From positions 1,488,001-1,552,000 of the forward strand of contig MU058213.1 in assembly GCA_013265495.1 (NCBI GenBank): a stretch of DNA of 64,000 nt, written 5' to 3'. The DNA comes from Vicugna vicugna (taxonomy: Eukaryota). How positions within the stretch are numbered: position 1 is the stretch's first letter; every line of letters begins with the position of its first letter. Below the pieces are notes generated by a model. That model had not been told where the DNA came from. It ran no database searches and was given only the letters and a program-made list of their open reading frames with translations. Shown here in pieces: positions 25,406 through 37,090 of this stretch. A program made the translations under genes and the position numbers.

Positions 25406-25740
25406 TGACTTTGTTGCCTGTGAGAAAGAACAAAGACCATCCATATGTGGGTCTTTTGTCTTATCTTTCAGAGGTGTTTGTCTCATGATTGCCTTATGTG
25501 CAGTCAGCAGTCAAGGTATTTGGCCCCGAGAGTATTGGGCAGACAGAGATGTGAGGACCCAGGAGTTGAAGCCCTGTATTATTACCCTCTGGCTCAAAGA
25601 GGACCACGAAGTCTGGTAGTCTCTGAAGATGATTTAGTGGAGCCAAATGCTGGAATCAGGAGAGAGGAATGAGCAGAGCTCAAGGAAGTGGTTTAATTCT
25701 TAAAACATGTAAACTAACTCACCCTTTAAAGTCTGTGCTA

Positions 25741-26192
25741 CACCAAACTACATTCCCACCAGCAGTGTAGGGGAGTTCCCTTTTATCCACACCTTCTCCA
25801 GAAAAATACCATATGATATCACTCATATGTGGAATCTAAAAAAAAGGAAAAAAGAGGGCACCAATGAACTCATCTACAAAACAGAAACAGACTTGCAGAC
25901 AGTAAATAATCTCACGGTTACTGGAGGAAAGGGAGTGGGTAAGGATAAATTTGGCAGTTTGAGATTTGCAAATCTTAGCCACTAGATATAAAAATAGATT
26001 TTAAAAAAGTTTCTTCTGTGTAGCACAGGGAACTATATTCAATATCTTATAATAACCTTTAATGAAAAAGAAGATGAAATGAATATATTTATGTGTGTGT
26101 GTGTATGTATACATATACACACACACACATGACTGAGACATTGTGCTATATACCAGAAATTGGCACATTGTAACTGACTGTACTTCAGAAAA
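25741..26192 (+). mobile_element. L1 with 5' inversion (twin priming) and 13-bp TSD
   Basis: 25741-25801 is antisense ORF2; 25802-26192 is sense ORF2 end, 3' UTR and A tail; TSD AAAGTCTGTGCTA at 25728-25740 and 26193-26205. Confidence 0.92.
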
Positions 26193-27169
26193 AAAGTCTG
26201 TGCTATTAATGCATGTTCCTAAAGCTCTTATTCAACACTGAGTTAAACTCACTTTGTTTTTGTAGAACATTTCAAAGAATTTGTATTGAAGTCCTGACTG
26301 CAGCCTTTAAATGGGGCTCAGGTAATAGCAAAAACCCACCTAGGTGTTGAAAATGAAACTACCTTGAGGGCACAGAAGAAGCAGATCCAACTTTGATTTG
26401 CCACTTCCCCTGCCTGAACAGCCTAAGAAATCACTACCATGACCGCTGTGGGTCCCTCTGTGCCTCACTTCTTCACATACAAAATAGGATGACGATAGGG
26501 CCATCCCACAACCTTTTTGACTAAAGAGTAACCTGCAAACAAAGCAGTTGGAAAATGCCCAGATGTGTGAAGAGAAATATTGTCCTCTTTGTTCAAATGC
26601 TTTTAAAAATGTTTTGGAAAAAAACCAAACAGGATGCTGGCAAAATCAGGTGGTAAAATGCTGAAGCCGCAGCAGTTGGATGATAATTGGGCATGAACCT
26701 GTACTAGGTGCTAAGCTTCCCTGTTGGGATGTGGCGGCAGAGAAGCCCAAACTGGGAGAGCACAGTAGGGTTCTGACCTCAGAAACACAGTAATTTGTCT
26801 CTGCATTTTTTCTCCTCCCCTCTGCCGTCCACAAGAGAAAACACAGGAGATGCGAAATTAAAACTGGTGACTAAATTCTAGACTGTCTTTCTTTGAAAGA
26901 GCATGAAAGAAGCCTTTCTCTGATTTGGAGGTGTGTGAAGGAGACCATGAGAATAGCAAAAGACAACCGCTCAGAGGGAAGTGGACAATGAATTAGCCAG
27001 TTTGCACCTTACCCCCTCATTAGCTCTAAGTAGGTAGTCAAAGAAGGAATTGGAATTTAGCCTTATGACTTTGGTTCATGAACACAGGCAGCCAAGGTGT
27101 GGATGTCTCTGAGAACTACACATTCATCTAGAGAGTCCTAGCGATGAAGATGTGCCTCCCACTGGCTAT

Positions 27170-27372
27170 GATGTAAATCCTGGGGCCTGGAGACCTGGCC
27201 TGGAATCTTGGCTCTGCCACTTAACCTGAGTGAGTTATGTAACTTCTGTAAGTCTCAGTTTCCTCAGTAATAATTCTTACCTTGTAAGATTTGAGAATTA
27301 AATGAACAACTGCATTTAGTACAATCCCTGGAACATATTAAAAACTCCCTATAGGATAGCTATACTAGTAAT
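27170..27372 (+). mobile_element. MIR SINE
   Basis: aatcttggctctgccacttaa...gtctcagtttcctcag...gagaattaaatga...cctggaacata. Confidence 0.8.
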
Positions 27373-27635
27373 TATTCACTCTAAGAAAAGATTTGGGGAG
27401 AAAGGTTAAGCCTGATGAACAAAAGTTGATGGTGGTCAAAGAATTTTTGTAGTACCTGGGAGTTTGTGTCTTTTTTAAGGTATTGAAGAGTTTGTTCTAT
27501 AAATGAGAGATTCATTATATTTTATATTATTTATAGAAAAAACATTAAAATGACATTGGCATCACTCACTCTTGCTTTTCAATCACTGATGTTTGGTAAT
27601 TCAGTAGGAAAGACCTAGGCAGTCAGATTATAAGG

Positions 27636-27853
27636 AAGCATTTCCCAAAATGTATTTTCAGAATATAAGTTCCTAAGAGAAATCCTTGTGAGATTCACAA
27701 TGCATGCTGTCACGTTAAAGGCTCTACGAGACCCTGAGTAAATTAATTTATTTGATCTTGTTAAACTCAGTATTTTTCAAACTTATTTGATTACAAGATC
27801 TGAATTCCACTCATTACCTGTTAACATTCCCAAAATACTTTGAGTAAAGTTGA
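27636..27853. mobile_element. hAT-Charlie MITE (MER103-like)
   Basis: Termini agcatttcccaaaatgt... / ...aatactttgagtaaagttg; internal aaaggctct. Confidence 0.5.
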
Positions 27854-28599
27854 TCTGAGATAACTCTTTCCTTCCAGGGGGAATCTTATTAGCGTTGTAG
27901 ACATATAACTCAGAAATGCTGAGTTTTTATAGATCTGAAACTAAAAGCCTCAACCTTAAATTGCCTTGAAAATCTTTGCTAAGAATCCTGCAGAAATGCC
28001 ATGCCAGTTTTTTTTTTTATATTGAGCAGAAATGAACAGTGTCTATCAAAGCATCATTTAGTGTGTATCTACATACTTATAAATGTTCATACTTGATGAA
28101 CCTTTCTCGGTACACAGAGTCAAAATTTGTCAGAGCCATAGAACTACTTGCTAAATATTCGTGGTTCATTTTGCTAAGAATTAATTATGATTCTGCAGAG
28201 AAGAAGTTAAAGGACAGTGAAGAGTGGGCTAGTGTGAGAGGAAAAGGGAAACAGCTCCACCCAGCAGCCTCTATATTTTCCCTCTGCCTGGACATAAGAA
28301 GTGCTTCTGAGGAACAAGGAATGTGATTATTTTGTCATTGATAAAGGCAGAGAAGGACTTACCATTCCTTTAGGGGTCCAGAATTTGAAGCTACAGTAAG
28401 CTAATTCTAACCCAGCATGCTTTTATTAATCTTAATTCATACACAAATTATCTTACAAATTAGAATTTTTCCTCCACAAAACAATGTTTTTAAAAAGTGA
28501 TTTGTTTCTAAGCTAGACTATAAAAGCTGTATTTTTTCCCTAGACTGTCAGGACCGCTCCAGCTTACCACTGGTAGTAGAAGTGACAAATTTCACCACT

Positions 28600-28721
28600 T
28601 ATCCAGTCAACAAATATTTCACTACTTGCAATGTACTGGGATGCAAAGATAAAACTACCTAGTCCTTGCCCTCAAACTGCTTGTCTCATAGGTAATATAA
28701 GATATAAACAAATAATTAGTA
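28600..28721 (-). mobile_element. L2 3' part; probably continues after the L1 to ~29960
   Basis: tcaacaaatatttc...gtccttgccctcaa; resumes as ggaggtggcatttcagcttagcttc..gggtaggaattt. Confidence 0.6.
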
Positions 28722-28736
28722 GACAAAGGAGTTTTT

Positions 28737-29810
28737 ATTTTAACATTTTTTATTGATTTATAATCATTTTACAATGTTGTGTCAAATTCCAGTGTTCAGC
28801 ACAATTTTTCAGTCATTCATGGACATATACACACTCATTATCACATTTTTTTCTCTGTGATTTATCATAACATTTTGTGTATATTTCCCTGTGCTATACA
28901 GTGTAATCTTGTTTATCTATTCTACAATTTTGAAATCCCAGTCTATCCCTTCCCACCCTCTACCCCCCTGGTAACCACAAATCTGTATTCTCTGTCCATG
29001 AGTCTATTTCTGTCCTGTATTTATGCTTTGTTTTTGTTTGTTTGTTTGTTTTTGTTTTTTAGATTCCACATATGAGCGACCTCATATGGTATTTTTCTTT
29101 CTCTTTCTGGCTTACTTCACTTAGAATGACATTCTCCAGGAGCATCCATGTTGCTGCAAATGGCATTATGTTGTCAGTTTTTATGGCTGAGTAGTATTCC
29201 ATTGTATAAATATACCACATCTTCTTTATCCAGTCACCTGTTGATGGACATTTAGGCTGTTTCCATGTTTTGGCTATTGTAAATAGTGCTGCTATGAACA
29301 TTGGGGTGCAGGTGTCATCCTGAAGTAGATTTCCTTCTGGATACAAGCCCAGGAGTGGGATTCCTGGGTCATATGGTAAGTCTATTCCTAGTCTTTTGAG
29401 GAATCTCCACACTGTTTTCCATAGTGGCTGCACCAAACTGCATTCCCACCAGCAGTGTAGGAGGGTTCCCCTTTCTCCACAGCCTCTCCAGCATTTGTCA
29501 TTTGTGGATTTTTGAATGACGGCCATTCTGACTGGTGTGAGGTGATACCTCATTGTAGTTTTGATTTGCATTTCTCTGATAATTAGTGATATTGAGCATT
29601 TTTTCATGTGCTTTTTGATCATTTGTATGTCTTCCTTGGAGAATTGCTTGTTTAGGTCTTCTGCCCATTTTTGGATTGGGTTGTTTATTTTTTTCTTATT
29701 GAGTCGTATGAGCTGCTTATATATTTTGGAGATCAAGCCTTTGTCGGTTTCACTTGCAAAAATTTTCTCTCATTCCGTAGGTTTTCTTCTTGTTTTATTT
29801 CTGGTTTCCT
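28737..29810 (-). mobile_element. Young lineage-specific L1, 5'-truncated, 15-bp TSD
   Basis: TSD GACAAAGGAGTTTTT at 28722-28736 and 29811-29825; uninterrupted ORF2 C-terminal frame; full 3' UTR. Confidence 0.98.
29059..29736 (-). pseudogene. L1 ORF2p C-terminal fragment (CCHC zinc knuckle and C-terminal domain), 225 aa open
   Basis: [53 protein letters not shown] are canonical ORF2p motifs; endonuclease and RT absent. Confidence 0.95.
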
Positions 29811-30939
29811 GACAAAGGAGTTTTTGATAAGTAAAGTGGAAATAAAGTACACTGGAAGCATTTCTGGTTGGGGCGATCAAGGCTTTGTGGAGGTGGCATT
29901 TCAGCTTAGCTTCACATAATGGGTAGGAATTTAGGCAGGGAAGGAAAGGTGGGCCCTTAAGACAGAATGCTTTAAAATCACTTGAAAAAAAACAAACCAG
30001 CAGGAGCCTGGCAAGTGAACTTACTTCTCATGCTCCATGGATTCCTCATGCCAAGATCTACAAAGATGAAATAATTTCTAAGAGTCTGACACAGCAGCTC
30101 TCTTCCTCACTAAGGCATAAGTAGTAGAACTGCAGTTAACAAGTCTTTGTGGTCTCAGGGAGAAATTGATATTTGCTGATTGCACTGTGCTGAAGTAAAA
30201 TTACAAGAGTGCATTAAAATCCTTTGTAAAGAAGGCTGAAGGCATTACAAAAATGCGTGGACATCTTGGGCATTAATATTTGATTCAGTATCTTTTAGTT
30301 GTATATGGCATATTTTGATGGAAGAGGCATACATAGATATAAATACAAATTGGAGAACCACCAGGGCCAGTGTTAGCTGTCAGTAAGACTCCTGGCTGGC
30401 AGGATCCACTCAGCCTCACCCCATGCACAGACTTTTTGAGGCCATATCCTCAAATAAAAGGAATCAAGGGAAGCCTTTTGTGTCTACTCCATTGTCCACA
30501 AAAGTAGAAACAGGGAGCTTTTTGCAACCAACAAACATAAACACTCAAGAAGGATTGCTAAAGCACTTTTTAAGTCCAAAGCACTGGGCTCAGACACTGA
30601 CATGGGTGGAAAAAGACAAACACAATTTCTTTTTCTAAGGAGCTCAGAGCCTTGTGGAGGGACAGACATATATAGCCAGTGAACGTCAAAACAGCAAAAT
30701 AAGTACTTGGGGAGGAAAGGACAGAAGGATGAAATCCTGCAAGTGCCTATCGGATGGCAAACTTGATTGCACTTCATTGACGATGTTCTTTTTTATTTCT
30801 ACCCATAAACCACCCACTTGGAACTTTGTGGGTCATCACAGGCACGTATTCTTTTTCTCTGTATCTCTTGTCCAGCTCAATCCTGCTAGGACATCTTCCT
30901 TTGCTGGTGTGGAAGAGGCCTTCCTCACTGCTTTTCTAT

Positions 30940-31250
30940 CAGCCAGAGTTCAGCTGCAGTCCACAGAGCCCACTTGAGTTAGATTAAGCAGAAAGGGATT
31001 TATCACAGGGATATTATTACGTGGTTTACAGATTTTGGGGGATAGTTTGAGAACCAAGCTTGATGCCACACAGCAGAAGTGAGCAGCCAAGTGGAATGCT
31101 CAGTTACTCCATGAGACTGTTTCAGCAGAATGTCCATTGCTGTTACCATCTGTGGCTCAACACTCATGAAACCACAACATAAACAGCAGAAGCTCTTCTA
31201 TGACTGCTGTAGATGAACTCAGCACCTTTATTACCATGCTTTCCAGAAGG
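30940..31250 (-). mobile_element. MaLR LTR fragment (old MLT1-type)
   Basis: cagagttcagctgcag...ttaagcagaaagggatttat...ggtttacaga. Confidence 0.55.
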
Positions 31251-31299
31251 GGTTTGCAGCCTCATAGAATTTACATTGCTTTTCCAAATCTCACAAGGT

Positions 31300-31800
31300 G
31301 AGGCTGCTTGCTTGAAACTACTCACAGACAAGAGATGACTGAAGTGGAAGTTTGGGGATTCTCCTTGGGAAAAGCAATAATCCACATCACAGAAAATTAC
31401 CAAAATGTGGAAATGGGTTAACAAAATCATTGGCAGCTGCAAATGACAGAGATCTATTGCATCTTCTCTCAGACTTTTGCCCTTAGAAAATTTGATCACA
31501 GGTTTTAAAAAGGAATGATATTTGTAGATTGACCTGATGGAGAATAACATTTCAACATCTTACCAGGGATAGCAGTGCAGCCTGGACTTTATTGAGATGT
31601 GCTGAAGAGAAGCAAAGATGGCTAGTAGCTGAGCTTCCTGTTTGCTTTGCTTCTGATTGTCCCCTGAGCCTATGAATTCATAGGCCCTATGCCAGACATT
31701 ATATACCTGAGTGGCGTATAATTGTGTGCACATTCTTCCCTGCAGATATGTCATCAGGTAGCCTCCATCATGTTCAGAGAGTACATTACCCTTCTCTGAA
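31300..31800 (+). mobile_element. Possible ancient RTE-X (L4-like) LINE relic; may resume at ~32330-32800
   Basis: Degenerate translation EVEVWGF...ENYQN/KWVNKIIG resembles the post-RT LYGxEVWG...QNKFLKKILG motif; many stops and frameshifts. Confidence 0.3.
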
Positions 31801-31865
31801 TGAACCTGGTAGGACTGACAGCCAAAATTTAACATTTTAGAGATGGTATCTCTATATAGTTGTTT

Positions 31866-32300
31866 TCATTCAAAGTTTTCTGCTATCAAGGAGCACAGAT
31901 ACTCTGTAATGGGCCAAGCTTATAAATTTGATTATAATGATACCAGGATACTCCAGTGAATGCCCAGGCCTGCAAGAATGTAAGACCAGGGCAGCAGAAG
32001 TCTGTGGATTTGCTACCTATGATCTAAGTCCACTGCATGTTTGTTTCAGTTCTTCTACCACTTATTTCCAGGACAGGAATCTAATTGGACCAGCTGGCCT
32101 TTTTCTCCACCCCACCCCAAGTCCCAGATTGCTAACCAGCCCCTTTTCAGGTCAAGTGTTCACCTTTGGGCTGATAGACTGTGTCATTGGTTGGGAAAGG
32201 AGCTACACGATCTGCTGCACACTTATCAAAGACTGGGTGGCATCAGATTCCCTGAGGAGGGGACATATTCAGGGCAGTCCATCAAAGCCTGTCTGATACA
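31866..32300 (-). mobile_element. MaLR LTR (old MLT1-type)
   Basis: gaatctaattggaccagct...ggtcaagtgttcacctttgggctgatagactgtg. Confidence 0.55.
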
Positions 32301-33883
32301 GAGCAAAACTCTCCAAGGTTCTTGAGTTTGCCCTTGTATATCTTGCAGACAGCTAGAGGTCTGTTTGCATGAGGACCTTTATGGCCACCAAAGAAGGAGT
32401 TTATTTTAAAGTATGAGAGAACCAAGCATATGGCACCTGACCAAGTTATGAGTGTTGCAGGGGCAAAGCTTGTGGTGACTATCACTCAAGTCTTTAAGCC
32501 TGGCTTATTGCCAGTTAGAGTCCCTTTGAAGAAGACAGGTGAAATTTGAAAGACCTGTTTGAAACTCAAACAGCAATGTTTTGAATTATTTCCCAGACAG
32601 CATAATACATAGAGGAGAGACAGATCTTCTCTTCTCCTGTTCTCAGAACACAGTGGCTCTTTGATCTTGGGCATCAGCTATTGCCAGCAGAAGAGGCCTG
32701 ATTAGGATAACAGGTATATTGATTACACCTATTCTTAGGAGAATCCTAGGATTTCAGTCAAACTTAGGAGGCACTTGCCAGGGGGACTGTTTCTTTTTGA
32801 CATGTTGGGAGCAAGAGCCAGTGACATATGGGCATTATTCATTAATGTGGTCCTATTGGTATGTGTAGGTTAACAGGCTAGTGATATATGGAGAGATAAT
32901 TAATGCAAATTTAGCTCCATCAAATTATAATTATTCATAAATAATTTAAATCACTTGTTTGTTTCAAATGAGGTTTCTTTTTTATCTTTTCTACCAGTTT
33001 GCTATCAGATAATATGCCTGAATTGAATGAGTTTGCATATTTTAAAATATTTTAGGAGCTCAATTTCATTAGATCTTAGGAATGATATTCTTATAAAAAC
33101 TATGTATATGAACTTGCTAAAGATATGGATAGACAGTTTGGATTTCTTTGTTAGTAGTCATCTGTAGTTGCCCAAACTCCTTTTGGGATTTACTAATAGC
33201 TTCTACAGCCATTGTCCAACATTTCCAAGTACCATTCACATCAGCTCCCTTTGATCACAGCCTCGCATCCTAACCTCAGGTAACAGCAATGGACTAAGTT
33301 CCAAATTATTTACCCATAGCACTGAAAATTAAAATAATGATTGGAAAACGAATGAAGCAAACAAACAACAAACAGTTGATTCAAATGAGCAAAGCCCTCT
33401 CTACTTCCAGCCTCTTTATAACAATTGCCAGTCAGCTCCTCTGAGTGAATATTTCTTAGTGGGATTGATTTCTGTTCAATGAATGTATCAAAATCTGACA
33501 TTTTTTTCCTCAAAATTCCTTATATATGTAAATTTGTCAACTCAAGTCTTTTTGGTGGGTAGTGGGGTAGGATTTCACAATTTTGCAATAAAATTCTCAT
33601 CTTTGAAATTAGGATAAGGCCAAATGCATTTCATGCTTGGAATCAAGATCTGAATTTCTTCCTAAGCATTTCCCCTTTCATTTTTGTATTTTCTCTTCTC
33701 ATATTTTATTTTCATTATCTTTCTTCTTCCTTTTTCTTTCCCTCTTTCATCCCCTCTTCATTCCCTACTTGCTCCTTTTTTTCCTTCCCTCACTTCCTCC
33801 TTTTTTCTGTCTTGCTCTTTTTTTTTCCCAGCAGTTCTTCTGGGAGCTGGGTATGGTGGCAGAGGAAGGATGGCCTTTTAAAT

Positions 33884-34114
33884 CAGTGGTTCTCAGTTCA
33901 GAGTGATTTTGCCTTTAGGGGACATTTAGCAATGTTTGGAGACCTTTCTGGTTATTACAGTTCGGGGAGGGCATGGTGCTTCAGCATCCTCTGGTGGGGG
34001 AGATTGGGTAGGGGCCAGCAATATTGCTGAACATCCTGGAACGCACAGGATAGTCCCCTGCAGTAAAACTTGTCCAGTTCCAAATACCAATGGTGCTGAG
34101 GTTGAGAAACACTG
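33884..34114. mobile_element. MER20 hAT-Charlie MITE, full length
   Basis: TIRs cagtggttctca / tgagaaacactg; internal gggacatttagcaatgtttggagac...gcacaggatagtcccc. Confidence 0.9.
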
Positions 34115-34579
34115 CTTTATAAAAATATGACTATGTATTCATAACCTCTCTGTAAGAACCCAGAGGTTAGGAGGAGTGGAGAGAGAGCTTTGTAGAGTTC
34201 TGATCCTTTGTTTTTATCTGCAGTTGCTGTCTGGCCCTTTAATTTAACTCTTCATCTACCAAGAATATAAAGTTTACATACATAGATCCACCTCTGCTGG
34301 CAGCAGTGGTTATAGTTTCAAACAAACAGACAGAAAAACCCATTAAAGCTGTGTATGTGAGAAATGTGAAAGATAAACCTTTCTCTTGATTTATTTTTAA
34401 AAAAATCTATATGTGCCAGAGGATATGCTAGGAAAAATAGATGTATTTCAATATAATTATGGTGGAAATTTTCATATAGGCATTTTATAGGGTAGGGGAG
34501 ATTACATATTCTCTTGGTTACTGTGACAATTGTGATAGATAGGTTTAAAGGATTAAAAATCAAATTAATAAAGAGGACA

Positions 34580-35095
34580 AGGAAGTCTATAAAGATCTGG
34601 TTTTATTGTAATTGAGATGGTTAACCATAAAGCAATGGAAGAAAACCGATAGAAAACATTTGGTTCACAAGTGGCAAAAAGAGTTAAAATTTACATCAGT
34701 ATAGGCAGGGAAATTAGATGATAAATATAACGCCAGTTCTAATAACACTATTTAATTGTGGACCAAATACCTAAATGCCATTGCACATAAAGTATGAATA
34801 TTAGTGGCCTAATTTATCTGGGTCATTTGACCATAAGCAGACAGTGGATGGAGGGAAATTGGCATCTAAAATTTATTTCCTTTCCAGATTACAAAACAGA
34901 AGAACTACTAGCTAGTTACAACCTAACTAAATTGGTCAGTAAAACCAATCACAGTTTTATAGAGTCTGCACTGAAGCAGGGAAAGATAAACTACAGCTCA
35001 GCAGAAAATTTACCAACATGCCAGAATTAAATAAGGAAAAAAAGTTGCATCATACTGGGAACAGCTAACCTTAATAAAATTGGACATAGCTGTTG
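34580..35095 (+). mobile_element. Probable ancient RTE LINE relic (MamRTE-like), RT C-terminal region
   Basis: Ordered degenerate motifs KTFGSQVAKRV, VLITLFNCG..HIK, ALKQGK, YWEQLT match RTE AFGRL.KRVW, VLPTLLYG.ETW..HIK, GELKxGKR, WEDLA. Confidence 0.5.
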
Positions 35096-35329
35096 AGGTG
35101 CCCAGGTTACTGGGCCAGATATTGCCAGGGGCTCTCAGGCAGTTTCTGCATGGGGCTAGAGATGGGAACAGCTGTAGGACCAGGCCCACCTCTCTGGCCC
35201 TTAGACTTTTCTGGGCCCTAACAGCATTACCCAGGAACTGAAATACTTGAGTCCCGTAGATTCAATCCAAGTCCAAAGTTTCAGACATCACATATATGCT
35301 GACTCTCTATTAATAATCTTCTCTTAATC

Positions 35330-37090
35330 TTTTGCATCCTTATTTCTCAGGGGCATTTTCTCTCTTAACCCCTGTCTGTACCCCAGATCTTCCTTTCTGT
35401 CTTTTCTACTGTGTTTCTGGTACTTTACCCTCTTCTCACAACACTCTTTCTACCTCTGACCCTAACCATGACCTATTTCTCATCTAGAGACATCACTTGT
35501 CTTGTGTCCCTCTTGATCACTCTGTACTTCTCCCCATTCATGGTATTTCTTACTCCCAACAGCCTCTTTGATACCATTTCTGAAATATTCTCCCTGTTTT
35601 GAAATTCACACTGAGTTTTCTGTATACTTCTCCATGTCCTGTTGCTGTAGTCTTCTCCCCCTTGTATCCTCTCCTTATAAGTGACATACAGACTTTTCTC
35701 CTTTCTAACTTCTGTCATCACCTGAGTGAATTCTTACATCATGTAGGCAATGCATCTGGTACCCTCTTTCCTATTCCTTGATCTCTTCAATGCCAGTAAT
35801 CTTAATCTCTACTCCACATCAACAATTCTCATCCACAGTAACACCTTGCCATTAAGCAGGCTGTTCCTGAAATCTCTAGCTCAATTACCTTTCTCTATGA
35901 TAGCAACTTCCTGCTATCTCTCCTGCTCTCCCTGTCATTCCAACAGTATCTACTCCTCAGGTATCTTGGTTTGTCAATTTTCTTCAAGTTCTCTTCGTTC
36001 TGAACCAGACTTGCTGAATTGCTGCTGTTCTTTGTAACTACTCTCTTACTGATAGCTTTATATCCCTCTCCTGCTTAACATTTTGACATCTCCTACACAC
36101 TTCTAGCTGCACAAGCAGTCTGTTGAACACCATTGGAAAAAGTCACAAATTGTGCATATTTGTGTCAGTACAAATTCATGGCTTCCAGTATCCTTTTGGC
36201 CACAAGATCCTCTACTGCTTATCTTTCTTTTTTTTTTCTGGTCAGTGCTTCCATTTCTTTCAACAACTCTGTCCCCTCTCCTGCACCTGTCCTAATCCCT
36301 CTCAGTGGATGGACAACCCTATTTAGTGACCTTAAATCATATATGGAACATAATGGTGTTTAAATATAAATAAATAGCCTTGGTTTCTACTTATAAGAAG
36401 GTTGAGATTATTAATCAGGAACTCTTTAATTTCTTTTCTCCTCCTTGCCTGCAATATTATTTATCTCTACATCCATTCCCTAGACCCTAAGATGGCATTA
36501 TCCCCCTGTTCTATTCTTCTTGTCTCATCTGGAATCTTGCTTTATCAACGATCTCCCTTTTCTGCTGTGTTTTCAGCTTCTTTCTCTTTTCTGCTCCTTC
36601 TTTTAGCCTAACGTGTGATCAAGTTCTCCTATTCTAGCAAAGCAAGAACAAGAACCTTCCTTTTATTCTATGATGCTTTTGAGTTTTTAGGCAATCTGTT
36701 TTCTCCATCATAGCTCATTCTTTTTATACTGCAATGTCTTATTTACTAAACCCACTCTAACCTGATACTGTTTAGACCAAGGTTTCTGGTGACTTCCACA
36801 TTATCAGACATTCTGGAGAATATTCTGTTCTTGTCTTAGGTCAGCTTTTCTGAAGTACTTAAGATCTGGGGCCCACTCCTATTTTTCAGGCTTCCTCATC
36901 CCCTTCTTCACATCAGTGGCATGAAGTGACATGAGGACTTGAATATGCCAAATGATAGCATGCATCTCTGCCTTGCACATGCCATTCTCTCTTCTTGGGA
37001 TACTTTCCTTTCCATTCCCCTCTGCCTTCTCTGCCTAGAAAAATCTCATTCATTCTTCAAATTTCTGCTGAGATATCACCTCTTCTGTGC
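35330..37090 (+). mobile_element. Long degenerate L2 (ORF2 region to 3' part)
   Basis: Extended pyrimidine-rich tract with L2 motifs such as ggtgacttccacatt and ccttgcacatgccattctctcttcttggga...ctcattcattcttcaa. Confidence 0.6.

Noticed and set aside
29561..29919. Plus-strand hydrophobic ORFs over the L1s (also 13831-14074, 14552-14833, 28779-29075, 48097-48364)
   Set aside because: Antisense translations of L1 ORF2 and 3' UTR.
34286..34305. CTCF-like CCAGCAGAGGTGG on the minus strand (similar partial matches near 5404 and 52228)
   Set aside because: Mismatches at core positions of CCASYAGRKGGC; expected by chance.
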